The notes under the pieces: generated by a model
Seen by the model: the letters and a program-made list of their open reading frames with translations, nothing else
Databases searched by the model: none
Told to the model about the DNA's origin: nothing
Position numbers and translations under genes: made by a program
Shown: positions 19,010-29,145 of the stretch, piece after piece
How positions within the stretch are numbered: the first letter of the stretch is position 1
Layout: every line of letters begins with the position of its first letter
IMG/VR virus record: IMGVR_UViG_3300042901_002277
Reading direction: 5' to 3' (one strand)
Source: a virus
DNA: 64,000 bases

Positions 19010-20548
19010 TTAGATAAGTTCAGTTCCGTTCAGTTCCTTGTATGTTCGTTTAAACATTTCAGGATAGATACTTACTGCCTTATCGCCAGCCTTTAGTTTT
19101 TTCAGTTGGTCAATCGCTTCGTCAACATGAGGCACAACAACGATGTTGTTTTTCTTACAGAAGTTAATGCACTGCATGGCAAGAACTGCTTCATAATTGC
19201 CACCCGCACCGCACACTCCACCGTCAGTAACCCAAAGAATTGGTGACTTAGAAGTTTGCTTCTGCTTCACGCCCCACTCAATTGCAGGGAAGTCAACTCC
19301 GTTGCCATATCCAACACTAGGAAGTTGATTAACCATTTTGCCTTTATGAGAAACAACCCAAAGGTTTGTTGCGTTTGCGTCACCCTTGTCGGTGTACACA
19401 GCCACAGTTGCACCCGGAGCGTTCTCAATGATTTTCGTAAGTTGTTCTCTACTGAATGACATTGAACCACTTCCGTCAATGATTACAACTCCACCAGTGC
19501 CACGAATTACCTTGTCAAAGATTCTCATCTGTGGGTCGGTAATCATTCGGTGCATTCGGCGTGGACGCATTCCCATATTGGAAGCAACACGCTTCTTTCC
19601 CAAGTTGCCTCTTGACAACACTGGCATTGGCATAAACTCAATGTTTAGTTTTTGCCATGACGCAACTCGGTATGTCGCATTGGAACTGGTGATTCCCTTG
19701 TAAGGGTTTCCGTCCTCTTTGCCTTGGTCAGTTGGTTTGATTCCCTTGTTGGAGTGCTTACCAGTACCCTCGTTGGCTTCACCGTCCTCGCCCTCTGCGC
19801 CCTCTGATTCCTCACCGTCTTGACCAAGAGCCTTGCGGAGTTTTGCTTCCTCACGCTCTCTACGAGCCTTTTCTTTTTCCTCTGCTATCTGCTCGGGTGA
19901 CTTTGCGCAAAGACGGTCAACCCATTCAGCCAGTCGTTCTGTGTGAACGAATCCCAAAGGGAATAGACCGCTAGTTGGGTCAACTTTTGTTGAGGCAAGG
20001 TTGGAGTACTTGTCAGCCTTTTTCATTTCCTTGACTGCTCGCTTGGAGATATCAAGAAGTATCGCACCCCACTCTCGTTTGTGTCTGCGGATTCCGTTTA
20101 GCAATAGTTTGTTGGACGCAGTGCCAGCAGTAGCAACTGCCATTTGCACAGCACCAGCCCAATCCTCTGTCGCACCAAGTCGTTCACCGTCAGCCGTTTC
20201 ACCACCGTCTGCAAGGTCGTTCTTAACATCAAACCCTGCCTTTTGGCAAAGATAGTTAACACGCAATTCCTCAACAACAACCATTGATTCTTGTGTTGCA
20301 ATTTTGCGTTCAATCCATTTCGACCAATCATCAGCAGGCGATACTTTTGCGTGAACCATTTCATGCGCACGAATCGCCCGAGCGAGTGAATCATCGTCAG
20401 TAGGAACTTTCATTTCCCTTGTAACGATGTTGGTGCAAGGTTCGCCACGAATTGCACGAACCTCGCCCACCGTCCACACGCCACCGTCCACATCGTTGCG
20501 TGAAAGGAACTCGGGTTCAGCCGAGATACGCTTTTTTACAGTTTTCAT
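19010..20548 (-). CDS. vWA-domain protein with N-terminal HExxH metallopeptidase-like domain
   Basis: HEMVH; acidic linker; MIDAS IIDGSGSMS, VTDG. Confidence 0.85.
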   Translation of the reverse strand: MKTVKKRISAEPEFLSRNDVDGGVWTVGEVRAIRGEPCTNIVTREMKVPTDDDSLARAIRAHEMVHAKVSPADDWSKWIERKIATQESMVVVEELRVNYLCQKAGFDVKNDLADGGETADGERLGATEDWAGAVQMAVATAGTASNKLLLNGIRRHKREWGAILLDISKRAVKEMKKADKYSNLASTKVDPTSGLFPLGFVHTERLAEWVDRLCAKSPEQIAEEKEKARREREEAKLRKALGQDGEESEGAEGEDGEANEGTGKHSNKGIKPTDQGKEDGNPYKGITSSNATYRVASWQKLNIEFMPMPVLSRGNLGKKRVASNMGMRPRRMHRMITDPQMRIFDKVIRGTGGVVIIDGSGSMSFSREQLTKIIENAPGATVAVYTDKGDANATNLWVVSHKGKMVNQLPSVGYGNGVDFPAIEWGVKQKQTSKSPILWVTDGGVCGAGGNYEAVLAMQCINFCKKNNIVVVPHVDEAIDQLKKLKAGDKAVSIYPEMFKRTYKELNGTELI

Positions 20549-21270
20549 TTTGACAACTTCTCAATCGCAATAGCGTCAAGAATTGACTGCGCCCTGTCAC
20601 CGAATGTCAACTGGCTTGCTCGCTCGTCACCAAGACCCTTGCGGAGTTGGTCGTAAGCGATGAATGCTCGCAGTGAGATACGGCGTTCGCCAGCGTCAGC
20701 CATACGAACTGCGAACTGGCGCAATTCAGGTGAGAGACGAAGCAGAGCGCTCGGGTGTGGTTCGTTGATACGAATCTTGATTGGGAATCGGTCAGTGAGA
20801 GCCGTTGGCAATTCGCCCATGTTCTCAACATTGGTGGTCATGATTGCAGAGAAGCCTGCATTGGGACGGTGAACCCGACCAGTGTCAGGGTGTTCAAAGG
20901 AAGCCGATTCAGGTGAATCCAACATCGCCAAGAGCGTTGCATAAACATCGCCCGAAGCCTTGTCAATTTCGTCCACGATTAAGCGACCGCCCTTAATGCC
21001 GTTGCCTGCCCAAGCCTTTAAAGCCGAACCGTCAAGCCACTTAGTGCCACCCTTACCGTCAGGTAGGAATGTTCCAGTAACATCCATGTTGGTCATGTCC
21101 TCTGTGCAGACCAATCGGAATGCTCCTGCTTCAACATCGCCGATGTTCATTCCAGCGTATGTCTTGCCGATACCCGAAGGTCCAAAAAGGATTACTCGGT
21201 CAACACCGTTGTTGAGAGCGTCCTCTAGGTCTTGCCAGCACTGTGGCAGTTTGGTTTGTGTAGTAGTCAT
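20545..21270 (-). CDS. MoxR/CbbQ-like AAA+ ATPase
   Basis: GPSGIGKT, LIVDEID, TTN, ALTDRF, SLR; coupled to the vWA gene. Confidence 0.9.
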   Translation of the reverse strand: MTTTQTKLPQCWQDLEDALNNGVDRVILFGPSGIGKTYAGMNIGDVEAGAFRLVCTEDMTNMDVTGTFLPDGKGGTKWLDGSALKAWAGNGIKGGRLIVDEIDKASGDVYATLLAMLDSPESASFEHPDTGRVHRPNAGFSAIMTTNVENMGELPTALTDRFPIKIRINEPHPSALLRLSPELRQFAVRMADAGERRISLRAFIAYDQLRKGLGDERASQLTFGDRAQSILDAIAIEKLSK

Positions 21271-21484
21271 TTTTCCCTCCTTAAGGGTGTTTGTTTAGTT
21301 GTGTCTATCGTACATCACGGAATACCAAATTTCCAAAATCACTTGACACCGTGAGGCAGTAGTTACTCTACATCATGCGATACCAAATTTCCAAAATCGC
21401 TAGACACTCACATTACCTATAGAGCAATTTTTTGATTTTCTTGCAGGGGTGTAACAGAGTTTCCCCGGGGCTATGGCTCTCGAT

Positions 21485-21502
21485 TGTTAGGCTGACCTAA
21501 CA
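21485..21502. promoter_or_regulatory. IdeR/DtxR-like palindrome
   Basis: TGTTAGG-CTGA-CCTAACA; about 14/19 match to TTAGGTTAGGCTAACCTAA. Confidence 0.4.
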
Positions 21503-22018
21503 CCTGTTGCCGGGGCTTAAGAAAAATGAATGAACCGGGAGCTAGTTGCAACCACAGCAGGCTGAGCAAAAGACAACTTCGCCATGCTCGGTGCAGTCAG
21601 CGCGGCGCGACTCACAAATAATGCAATTTTCTGCAGACATGGCAGCCTGCGCACGACGCTCCGCCTTTTTCTCTCCACGGTTCTTGCCTATCTTGTAGAC
21701 AACATAGCCACCGAGCAAACCCATTAAAGGTCGCGCCTACTTTTGTATTTTCTTTCAGCACTGATGTCGTCCCACAATAGAAGGACTGCGCCAGCGACTG
21801 CGATGATACAGACACTCATGATGATGATGTAACCAGCCACCAGTATCCCCTGAAGCATTAGATACCCGACTTCCTATTAGCCTCGTCTTTTGGCTGTTTG
21901 CTTCTTTCTGCCCAACAATTCGGACAGAAGTATGCGTTATCTATTACATCAGTAAAGCCATCTGTCGTAGTGTCATCATTGCAATCAAAACACTCAATTC
22001 CTATTTGGTTGCTGACGG

Positions 22019-22522
22019 TCATTTCATTTCCCTATCAGCCTTGGCGTCTCGGACTTCCCATAGACCCTTCTTTATCTTTCTGAAGGTAGGAGACTCCTGA
22101 ACATACTTCAGGGTGGTCGGGTAGGAGAATCCACACTGCTCCATGAGTTGTTCCGTGGTGTACTGCTCAAAGTGGTGCTGGTTAGCCCATTTCAGGAAGG
22201 CGTCCCACTTGTCAGCACGCTTCTCTGTCTTGATTTCATCTACGACAGACTCCTCATCTACCTGAATACCGCAGTATTCGCTTGATACATCCGCGATTAC
22301 AGCGTCAGGGAGCGAGTAGGAGAGCATGGTACGGATAGGACTGCCCTTTGCTCCGTCACGATTCCACACTTGGAGAACATGTAACGCCCTTGTGTAGTCA
22401 CTGATACCTTGGGAGACTTCCCGTGGCACGGCGAACTTGTCCCCGAACTCGTCAATGGCTTCAGCCCAACGAGAGTTGTGGATATCGGTAATGAATGATT
22501 CGGTTATTGACTTTTTCAACAT
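22019..22522 (-). CDS. Hypothetical cassette protein (C-terminal wHTH-like)
   Basis: Own promoter at 22561 and SD GAAAGGAAG. Confidence 0.65.
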   Translation of the reverse strand: MLKKSITESFITDIHNSRWAEAIDEFGDKFAVPREVSQGISDYTRALHVLQVWNRDGAKGSPIRTMLSYSLPDAVIADVSSEYCGIQVDEESVVDEIKTEKRADKWDAFLKWANQHHFEQYTTEQLMEQCGFSYPTTLKYVQESPTFRKIKKGLWEVRDAKADREMK

Positions 22523-22741
22523 AGTAGATACTTCCTTTCATCACCTATCCTACAACAGGCGATACCAAATTTCCAAAATGAGGGTCTTCCCCCACCGTCA
22601 ATAAGGGATGGCCCCCCGGAGGTCGTCCAATTTTTTGATTTTTTTGAATATTTCAGCTGTTTTTTGAATACTCTATTTGAATACAACCAGGCCCTTCGGC
22701 CGAACAGTGCTACTACCCACTATCCGGCCCGAGCCCCGGTT

Positions 22742-23020
22742 TTACCCTTTTGTTTTTTCGAAAGATTTGTTCCAGGTGTGCGTGTAGTAGTAACTTGCGG
22801 TCGTCTTAAGCTTTCCCTCGATGTGAAATTTAACTCGAAGGTATTCAATAGCCGCCGCTACCTCTTCATCGGTGAAGTCATTATCTGTGTCGTTGCCCCA
22901 GTAACCATTTAAAAAATCGCTTTTTGCTGTATCAACAGCATCTTCACCGGTTGTGGACAGCGTGTAGTAATTCTCCTCAAGAATCTCTGCAATCTGCGCA
23001 AGGACATCCATGTCAATCAT
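22742..23020 (-). CDS. Hypothetical protein
   Basis: Coupled within the 24079-22742 operon. Confidence 0.55.
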   Translation of the reverse strand: MIDMDVLAQIAEILEENYYTLSTTGEDAVDTAKSDFLNGYWGNDTDNDFTDEEVAAAIEYLRVKFHIEGKLKTTASYYYTHTWNKSFEKTKG

Positions 23021-23430
23021 TGCTTCTCACTTTTCAACATCGTGTACAGGTCGTCTATGACGCCACCAATACTTTCCTCAACTTCAGTGTTGATGTTCTC
23101 TTCAATTGTTTCTTCTATCTTTGCTAATCCAGCAACAAAACCATCCCAAAGGTCATCAAGCATTTCGTGTTCTTCAGGGGTGAATTTCGGACCCATAGGG
23201 ATATTCCTTATCTCTACTTCTCCATCGCTCATGAGTTCCATGAGTTCATCTGGAGCAAGAGCCTGACGACGCCTTTCTGAAAAGATTCGTCCGTCTTTAT
23301 CAAAAAGTCCAGTACTCATTCTGCGATTAGCGTCCTTGAATACTGAGATTGCCTCGATGATGAGTGTTATCTCTTCAAGGGTGAATCTTTTTTTACTCAT
23401 TGAAGCGGTTACTCTTTTTTTCCTAGCCAT
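23017..23430 (-). CDS. Hypothetical protein
   Basis: Coupled within operon. Confidence 0.6.
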   Translation of the reverse strand: MARKKRVTASMSKKRFTLEEITLIIEAISVFKDANRRMSTGLFDKDGRIFSERRRQALAPDELMELMSDGEVEIRNIPMGPKFTPEEHEMLDDLWDGFVAGLAKIEETIEENINTEVEESIGGVIDDLYTMLKSEKQ

Positions 23431-23648
23431 TACAAGGTCCTTCCTGAGAACTCAAACCATTCATCATAGGTCATGCCAATAGTTCCGACAAACTCTGCAT
23501 TCTCATAGAAGTCCATGATAAAGCCCTCATGAGTGATTCCAATGTTGATGAACTTGGCGTTGACCTCGTCATAGCCACTCGTAAAAACGGTTACATCCTT
23601 GCGTGAATGCTGATTGACATCAAATGTCATCTTCTCATTGTCGCTCAC
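23430..23648 (-). CDS. Hypothetical protein
   Basis: Coupled within operon. Confidence 0.55.
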   Translation of the reverse strand: MSDNEKMTFDVNQHSRKDVTVFTSGYDEVNAKFINIGITHEGFIMDFYENAEFVGTIGMTYDEWFEFSGRTL

Positions 23649-24079
23649 TTGTCACCTGCCTCGTCCAGTCGTCGCTTGATGTTGACCATCTCAGCCAAGT
23701 ACTCATCAAATGACATTTGGAATGGGAACTCAATACCATCAACAATGTTTGAGAACAGGATGTTTCTGTTTTGCATTTGTTGCCAAAGGTCAAGGAATTT
23801 GTAGCCAGCACTCAGGTACTGGTCAAACGCTGTGAGCCACTCTTCAGCGATACCTACAGATACCCAAGAGTCCTCACCTTCTACCAAGGAGAGCGAACTG
23901 CCGTTATCCCAATCAACACCGATACACATAGCGCCAGCATTATCGTACGGCTCCCGTGTAACGGTCCCTAGGTCACCCTTGCGAATCCGTGTGTACGGGT
24001 CGTTAGTGCGGACCAATTTGATTCTTTCTCCGACAAGTGTCTTATTCATCATTCTCTCCTTAGTAGTAGTTGAGTACAT
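23645..24079 (-). CDS. DUF4314-like protein
   Basis: GERIKLV..NDPY..I..GDLGTV...IGVDWDNGSSLSLVEGED. Confidence 0.7.
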   Translation of the reverse strand: MYSTTTKERMMNKTLVGERIKLVRTNDPYTRIRKGDLGTVTREPYDNAGAMCIGVDWDNGSSLSLVEGEDSWVSVGIAEEWLTAFDQYLSAGYKFLDLWQQMQNRNILFSNIVDGIEFPFQMSFDEYLAEMVNIKRRLDEAGDK

Positions 24080-24110
24080 CCTAGTACGCCCGATACCAAA
24101 TTTCCAAAAT

Positions 24111-24329
24111 CTAGATTCCCTCTAGAACATCGGAAGGCTTCACCTTGAGTGCTCCGCAGAGCAGGATGAGTGACTGAAGGCTCGGTGAGAAGTGTCCGTT
24201 TTCAATCCGGTTGATGGTCTTGCGCTCGAGCCCCGCCTTCTTTGCCAACGCATCTTGCGAGAGTTCTCGCTCAATACGCAACTTACGAAGTCGTGCGCTA
24301 ACCCGTTGTTCTTTCTTTTGGGTATTCAT
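24111..24329 (-). CDS. XRE/Cro-family HTH regulator
   Basis: LRKLRIERELSQDALAKKAGLERKTINRIENGHFSPS. Confidence 0.9.
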   Translation of the reverse strand: MNTQKKEQRVSARLRKLRIERELSQDALAKKAGLERKTINRIENGHFSPSLQSLILLCGALKVKPSDVLEGI

Positions 24330-24359
24330 GTTTTCTCCTTGTTAGGTGTTTGGTTTATT

Positions 24360-25025
24360 TCAGTTTGCACTGAAAATCTGTTGTGCGGTCATGGCTGTAT
24401 CCATGCCTTCTGCAATCTCAAATGTGAGAGCGTCTTTCCATTCCGAATACTTTTCGTCAAAGTTCTCGTCGTCGTCGTCGTATTCAGGTTGCCCCTGCAT
24501 TTCGTGTTCACCTTCTGAAACAATCTCGCCTTTGTGAAAGACCATGTACCCAGCAAAGAAATCTGCTTCCTCTGTGAAGTGCATGCCAAACACAAGTTCA
24601 GGGAATTGTTCGGAGATGTTCTTCATAAGACCAACCGCAGGGCTCCAAGCACTTTCCCAATACAGCGTTATTGAGTTGCTGTTCTCGTCAAATGTGTCCT
24701 CGTCAAAATCAACACGGCAAGCACCCCATTTGGTGTCCCAGTTCGCATTCGCCCAGTCGTACCAGTCCTTGTGACCGTACTTAGCGAGATTTGACTCTTG
24801 TTGCTTGCGGTGTTCTTCTGCCTTCTCTTCACCAACATATCCTGAAACTGTTTCGTGCAGTTCTGTTGGAATTGGGAATAGTTGGTTCATGTCCCATTCT
24901 GTTCTGTTCCATTCAGGAATTGCTTTCCACTCTTCAGTTTGCTCAATGCGAATAGCCTCAATGAACCGCTTCAGTTCCTTGTTGCTTCCACGAACTTCTC
25001 CGTATTGGTTGCACCAGTTAGGCAT
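24360..25025 (-). CDS. DUF1281/YubB ferredoxin-like domain protein
   Basis: MPNWC, WYDWANANWDTKW, ESAWSP motifs. Confidence 0.75.
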   Translation of the reverse strand: MPNWCNQYGEVRGSNKELKRFIEAIRIEQTEEWKAIPEWNRTEWDMNQLFPIPTELHETVSGYVGEEKAEEHRKQQESNLAKYGHKDWYDWANANWDTKWGACRVDFDEDTFDENSNSITLYWESAWSPAVGLMKNISEQFPELVFGMHFTEEADFFAGYMVFHKGEIVSEGEHEMQGQPEYDDDDENFDEKYSEWKDALTFEIAEGMDTAMTAQQIFSAN

Positions 25026-25088
25026 TATTTTCTCCCTTTGTAGTAGTAGGTGATGTAACTATACAGGTACAGATACCAAATTTCCAAA

Positions 25089-25586
25089 TTAGTACCATGC
25101 GTCAGACCCGTTGCATTCATTGGCGACCCAGCGCAACCACCAAATGGCGTACTTGACTTCCTTGTCCAAGTTCTCCCCGTCTTTGGTTACGGTTCCCATT
25201 TCTGTCATACGGTTTTCCATGTCGTCTGCTAGAGCGAGGCAGGATGATGGTGACTTATATGTACCATCCTCGTTGTCGCCGTAGAACGAATACTCAAAGT
25301 CAGGCAGTTCCAGTGCTTCTATTAGATAGTTGCCGTACTTCCCTCTGTACCAGCAGTCCGTTCCGAATATGCCAGTAACGCTTCCGTCTTGCAAATCAGT
25401 CTTTGACAGGGAGATGAGGTAGGGGCATTTGCCTTCTGCCTGCGTTGCTCTGCAGTCAATTCGTTTTTCAGATAATCCTGTTTCTTCGTCAACAATGGCT
25501 ACGCCGTCTTTGTCAAGAATGTCAACTTTTACAGCAGTGCCAAGACGCTCGCAGGCGTATCGGTGTGGGATGTTGTCTAAGCCCAT
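25089..25586 (-). CDS. Hypothetical cassette protein
   Basis: MGLDN start; own promoter at 25629. Confidence 0.65.
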   Translation of the reverse strand: MGLDNIPHRYACERLGTAVKVDILDKDGVAIVDEETGLSEKRIDCRATQAEGKCPYLISLSKTDLQDGSVTGIFGTDCWYRGKYGNYLIEALELPDFEYSFYGDNEDGTYKSPSSCLALADDMENRMTEMGTVTKDGENLDKEVKYAIWWLRWVANECNGSDAWY

Positions 25587-25731
25587 GTGAACTCCTTAGT
25601 AGTAGGTGAGTACCACTATAGCGACCGAGATACCAAATTTCCAAACTCTTCCACCACCGTCATGATAATGGGTAATACTTGACTCAATCTGAATTATGTG
25701 GTACAGCAGACCGGTGGGTGGCCCGAACCGG

Positions 25732-25745
25732 CGAACACATGTTCG
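25732..25745. promoter_or_regulatory. LexA (SOS/Cheo) box
   Basis: CGAAC-ACAT-GTTCG, intergenic. Confidence 0.75.
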
Positions 25746-25797
25746 CTCAGCCCCGGTGCTCATTGTGGCGGCCCGGCCGCCGGGGCTCTATGGTCAA

Positions 25798-26121
25798 TTA
25801 TTCGTCGTGAGCAATTACCAGGTTGCCGCCAACGATTTGCCAGCCGTCGTCATGAGTGTTCCAAACAAACGATAAAGCTTCTTTTATTCCATCTAGGTAA
25901 TAGAACACATCATCATCTAGAACACCGAAGTCGTCCCACTGTAGATAGACAGGGTCTTTACTGAATGATAAGTAGTAATGCAACAATTCACCCTCATCAA
26001 CCCAGTACACCTGTGCGTCCATGCCAACCAGCACGCCCTCTTCAGCGATTACATATTTCAGGTAATCCTTCAACAATTTCAGAGTAATAAGCGTCTTTCT
26101 AATCGTTGCTCTAATCATCAC
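25798..26121 (-). CDS. Hypothetical protein
   Basis: Coupled ORF. Confidence 0.55.
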   Translation of the reverse strand: MMIRATIRKTLITLKLLKDYLKYVIAEEGVLVGMDAQVYWVDEGELLHYYLSFSKDPVYLQWDDFGVLDDDVFYYLDGIKEALSFVWNTHDDGWQIVGGNLVIAHDE

Positions 26122-26438
26122 GCGCTCACTACATCTATGAGTTGCACGAATGAATCCAGTGGCTCTGCTTCATCAGGATACGCCCTCATGGCGTCGTCTA
26201 GGAACATTTGGTAAGCACCCAAGTCGTCACCTCTGAAGTAGTGATTCGCTCCACCATCTCCATAGTTCTCTACACGGCATGCAATAATTCCTTTTCTTAG
26301 AATTTGTGCCATCCAAGTAATTCCTCTTGAAGTCTCCATCTCTTGGATTACCTTGAAGTCGTACAGGCTTGCGATGTCGTCCACCGCAGGCTCTGTCACA
26401 AATAATTTCAGTGAGGGTGGAAGTGTTGAGTAAAGCAT
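26118..26438 (-). CDS. Hypothetical protein
   Basis: VENYGDGGAN motif; CAACTACTAACAAGGAG leader. Confidence 0.6.
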   Translation of the reverse strand: MLYSTLPPSLKLFVTEPAVDDIASLYDFKVIQEMETSRGITWMAQILRKGIIACRVENYGDGGANHYFRGDDLGAYQMFLDDAMRAYPDEAEPLDSFVQLIDVVSA

Positions 26439-26475
26439 GATTTCTCCTTGTTAGTAGTTGTTTGAATTCTAGTCG

Positions 26476-26994
26476 TCAGCAGATTTGGAATCCACCGCAG
26501 TTCTCTAGGAACTCTGCGAACCGCTTGACATTCTCCACATCAAACGGATAAGCGGACAGCCACGATTCCCTAGTGCCAATTCCATCACAGGCATTGCACC
26601 AGCCATGAGTGCGACCAGTAAGAATCTGCGCCTCGGGTGAGAGTTCTTTAGTAGGCATTCCCATTTCCACGCCGACCTCATCATTGCGAATGCCAGTGCA
26701 CTCACAGAGGTTGCATGCTTCACGGGGAAGCGAGGAACGCCATTCGTTGTAGGTCTGTGCGTACTTTTCTACCGTGCCATTTTCAAGGTCTATCTTGAGT
26801 GACCAAGCCAATGATTCAGCCAGTGCGTCGTCTAGCCCGTCACCGTCGTTTGAGTGCCACGATTCGCAACCGCTAGCAATGTCGTCATAGTTGGTGCAGA
26901 TAAAGTCTGCCAGTGGACGCCACCACCACACATTGTTGCGGAAGTATTCGCCCTTTTCATTCTTTGGCTTTACGCCATAGACATCCATACCCAT
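26476..26994 (-). CDS. Conserved phage-type protein with inserted CxxCxxxG Zn ribbon
   Basis: MGMDVYG..YFRNNVWWW, CNLCECTG..CNACDGIG, FLENCGGF. Confidence 0.7.
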   Translation of the reverse strand: MGMDVYGVKPKNEKGEYFRNNVWWWRPLADFICTNYDDIASGCESWHSNDGDGLDDALAESLAWSLKIDLENGTVEKYAQTYNEWRSSLPREACNLCECTGIRNDEVGVEMGMPTKELSPEAQILTGRTHGWCNACDGIGTRESWLSAYPFDVENVKRFAEFLENCGGFQIC

Positions 26995-27087
26995 TTTCTT
27001 GCTCCTTGTTAGTAGTAGTTAGGTGACTGAATCTTACAATACTGAATACCAAATTTCCAAAATCGAGAAGAGCCCCGCGCTCTCCCT

Positions 27088-27555
27088 TTACGCCTCAACC
27101 TTGTCAAACGGGCACTCGGCTACTTGACCGAATACAGCCTCGTACAGGTCACGCCCGTCTTGCCATTCACTCCAGTCTCCATCTGACGAGATACGGACAC
27201 AAGAGCCGTAGATTTCTTTCGCCCGAATGAGTATCGCAGTAACTACAGCGTCATACGGTTTCTGTGCAGTCTTGCAAAAATCAAAGATTTCAGGCTCATC
27301 TTTACGCCATTCAACTTGAGTTGGCAGTGCCTTCCAAGTAAAGGTTTCGTGAGACATATCATCTATGCCGTTGAAACTGAACTCTCCCTCTGTGAACTGT
27401 GGTTGAGTTTCGTTCTCTCCACTCCAGTCGCCAAGTTTTATGCCAATGCTCTGTGCGTGTTCGCAAATAGCCTTAGCGTCTAGTGCGAGTTTGCCGTACA
27501 TATAGGCAGACCCAGCGTTCTTTCGTGGTCGGTAGTTGTAATGCGTGTAACCCAT
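27088..27555 (-). CDS. Hypothetical phage protein
   Basis: MGYTHY..FCKTAQKPYD..ISSDG; degenerate promoter at 27600. Confidence 0.7.
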   Translation of the reverse strand: MGYTHYNYRPRKNAGSAYMYGKLALDAKAICEHAQSIGIKLGDWSGENETQPQFTEGEFSFNGIDDMSHETFTWKALPTQVEWRKDEPEIFDFCKTAQKPYDAVVTAILIRAKEIYGSCVRISSDGDWSEWQDGRDLYEAVFGQVAECPFDKVEA

Positions 27556-27603
27556 AGTTAGTGCCTTTCGTTAGTAGGTAGTAGTACCTTAGCAGACCCA
27601 ATA

Positions 27604-27807
27604 TCAGATTTCCAATTTTTTCTGTTCGTAGACCATGAACTCACCATCACTGTCACGGCTGATTCCAGTCACCCACATAGAGCGACCAATCTGCCCGTAG
27701 TCCTCTATTGCGTTCTGAACTTCCTCTACGGCAACGCCACAGCACTCGCTGTCGTTTTCAGCTTGCACATCAAGCGTCACCATTACTGTTACTCGGTAGG
27801 TGTTCAT
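27604..27807 (-). CDS. Hypothetical protein
   Basis: Coupled ORF. Confidence 0.55.
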   Translation of the reverse strand: MNTYRVTVMVTLDVQAENDSECCGVAVEEVQNAIEDYGQIGRSMWVTGISRDSDGEFMVYEQKKLEI

Positions 27808-28094
27808 TAGTAGTTACTCCAATCGTAGTTGTCGTTTTTGTGTGCGATTTCCTCGGAACATACTCCGATTACTTTTAGCGTTTCGCCGTCAATGACACGG
27901 CTACATTTCTCACAAAGATAGGTATCGCCGTCCCATTCTCCGTTGAGTGTTGGCGAGACAATCTCTCCAGTCTTTAGGCAAGAGTAAAAGCCCTCGTAGT
28001 TTGGTTGGTTGCCACATAGACACTGAAACCAATCAGTAGTTCCACCTATGTACTCCTCGTACAGTCGGTTATTCATACTCAACCTCTGTTCCAT
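27807..28094 (-). CDS. Cys-rich hypothetical protein
   Basis: CLCGN..CEKC. Confidence 0.55.
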   Translation of the reverse strand: MEQRLSMNNRLYEEYIGGTTDWFQCLCGNQPNYEGFYSCLKTGEIVSPTLNGEWDGDTYLCEKCSRVIDGETLKVIGVCSEEIAHKNDNYDWSNY

Positions 28095-28314
28095 AGTCGT
28101 GTATGCATTCGCTGTCGTACTCCTCTGCGTGGTCTTCCATTGTGCGGAAGTGGCAATTCTCGTTTATCCACTCATAGCGAGCGTCAGCGTCCCACTCATT
28201 CCACTCAAACGGAAGTTCCATTCCTTGTGGCATGTCGTAGTACTTGTAACGGGTGTACTTGACAAGCATGTGCTCATCAACGGTAACGGCAAAGCGTGTA
28301 GGTGTAGTAGTCAT
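28069..28314 (-). CDS. Hypothetical protein, leaderless
   Basis: ATG 6 nt after TACTAT of the 28335 promoter. Confidence 0.6.
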   Translation of the reverse strand: MTTTPTRFAVTVDEHMLVKYTRYKYYDMPQGMELPFEWNEWDADARYEWINENCHFRTMEDHAEEYDSECIHDYGTEVEYE

Positions 28315-28651
28315 GAGTACATAGTAGTACGCTGGATACCAAATTTCCAAAGTGCTTTCCGCCACCGTCAAGATAATAGAGGCTTATGGATATCTGTTGG
28401 CGATTTTTTTGCTCGCTCCGATTATTGCAAATATTTTTATTTTCTTGCAACTTTCTGGGAATTTTCTGGCTAGCCCCGCACGGCGTTCTGGCCGCACCGA
28501 GGCCGGGGCTCTTGGGGAAAATAGCTACCTTGTTATTTAGGTATCCATCAGATAACCGCTATTACCACAACCTGGGCAGTGTTCGGTATCTAATCTAATT
28601 TCTAATTGCTCTTCAGTGCTTACTGTTTCGCACCAATTACAGATAATCGTT

Positions 28652-28885
28652 TCAGGCGTTTTCATTAGTTGCCCACCGATTTTCGCTGTCATAGAAGCAA
28701 GTGTTACATACGAAGCCGTCTAGGTCGTTATCCCAGACTGGCTCACTCCCAAAGGTGCGTACGGTCATCTCCATTCCGCATGAGTCGCAATTAGCCCTAT
28801 CGCCACGAATATGAATTACGCCGTGTACGAGTGGCAGTGAGTTGATTTTTTCGATATATGCCTCGCTCATGTCGGTCACTCCCAA
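28652..28885 (-). CDS. Small Zn-ribbon protein
   Basis: CDSC..CNTC. Confidence 0.5.
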   Translation of the reverse strand: MGVTDMSEAYIEKINSLPLVHGVIHIRGDRANCDSCGMEMTVRTFGSEPVWDNDLDGFVCNTCFYDSENRWATNENA

Positions 28886-29145
28886 GCCCTATTGAGCAGT
28901 ATCCCTGCGAATGGGTTGGGGTACTTCACCTCGTCATTTAGCCAACGCTCACTATCGGAGTGTTGAGTTTCGCAGTCTCGGAATGTCTCAGTGGCGAACG
29001 CCTTGTCATCTTTCATGAGGCGCACCAGCAATTTACCAGTGCCGTCTTCCCAGACATCTAGTTGGTAGGTAGCGTCAATGCCACCGAACGGACCAGCTTG
29101 CTCACCGAATACGGATAATTTATGAGTCATCGTTACAGTGCTCAT
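28876..29145 (-). CDS. Hypothetical protein
   Basis: Coupled ORF. Confidence 0.55.
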   Translation of the reverse strand: MSTVTMTHKLSVFGEQAGPFGGIDATYQLDVWEDGTGKLLVRLMKDDKAFATETFRDCETQHSDSERWLNDEVKYPNPFAGILLNRAWE

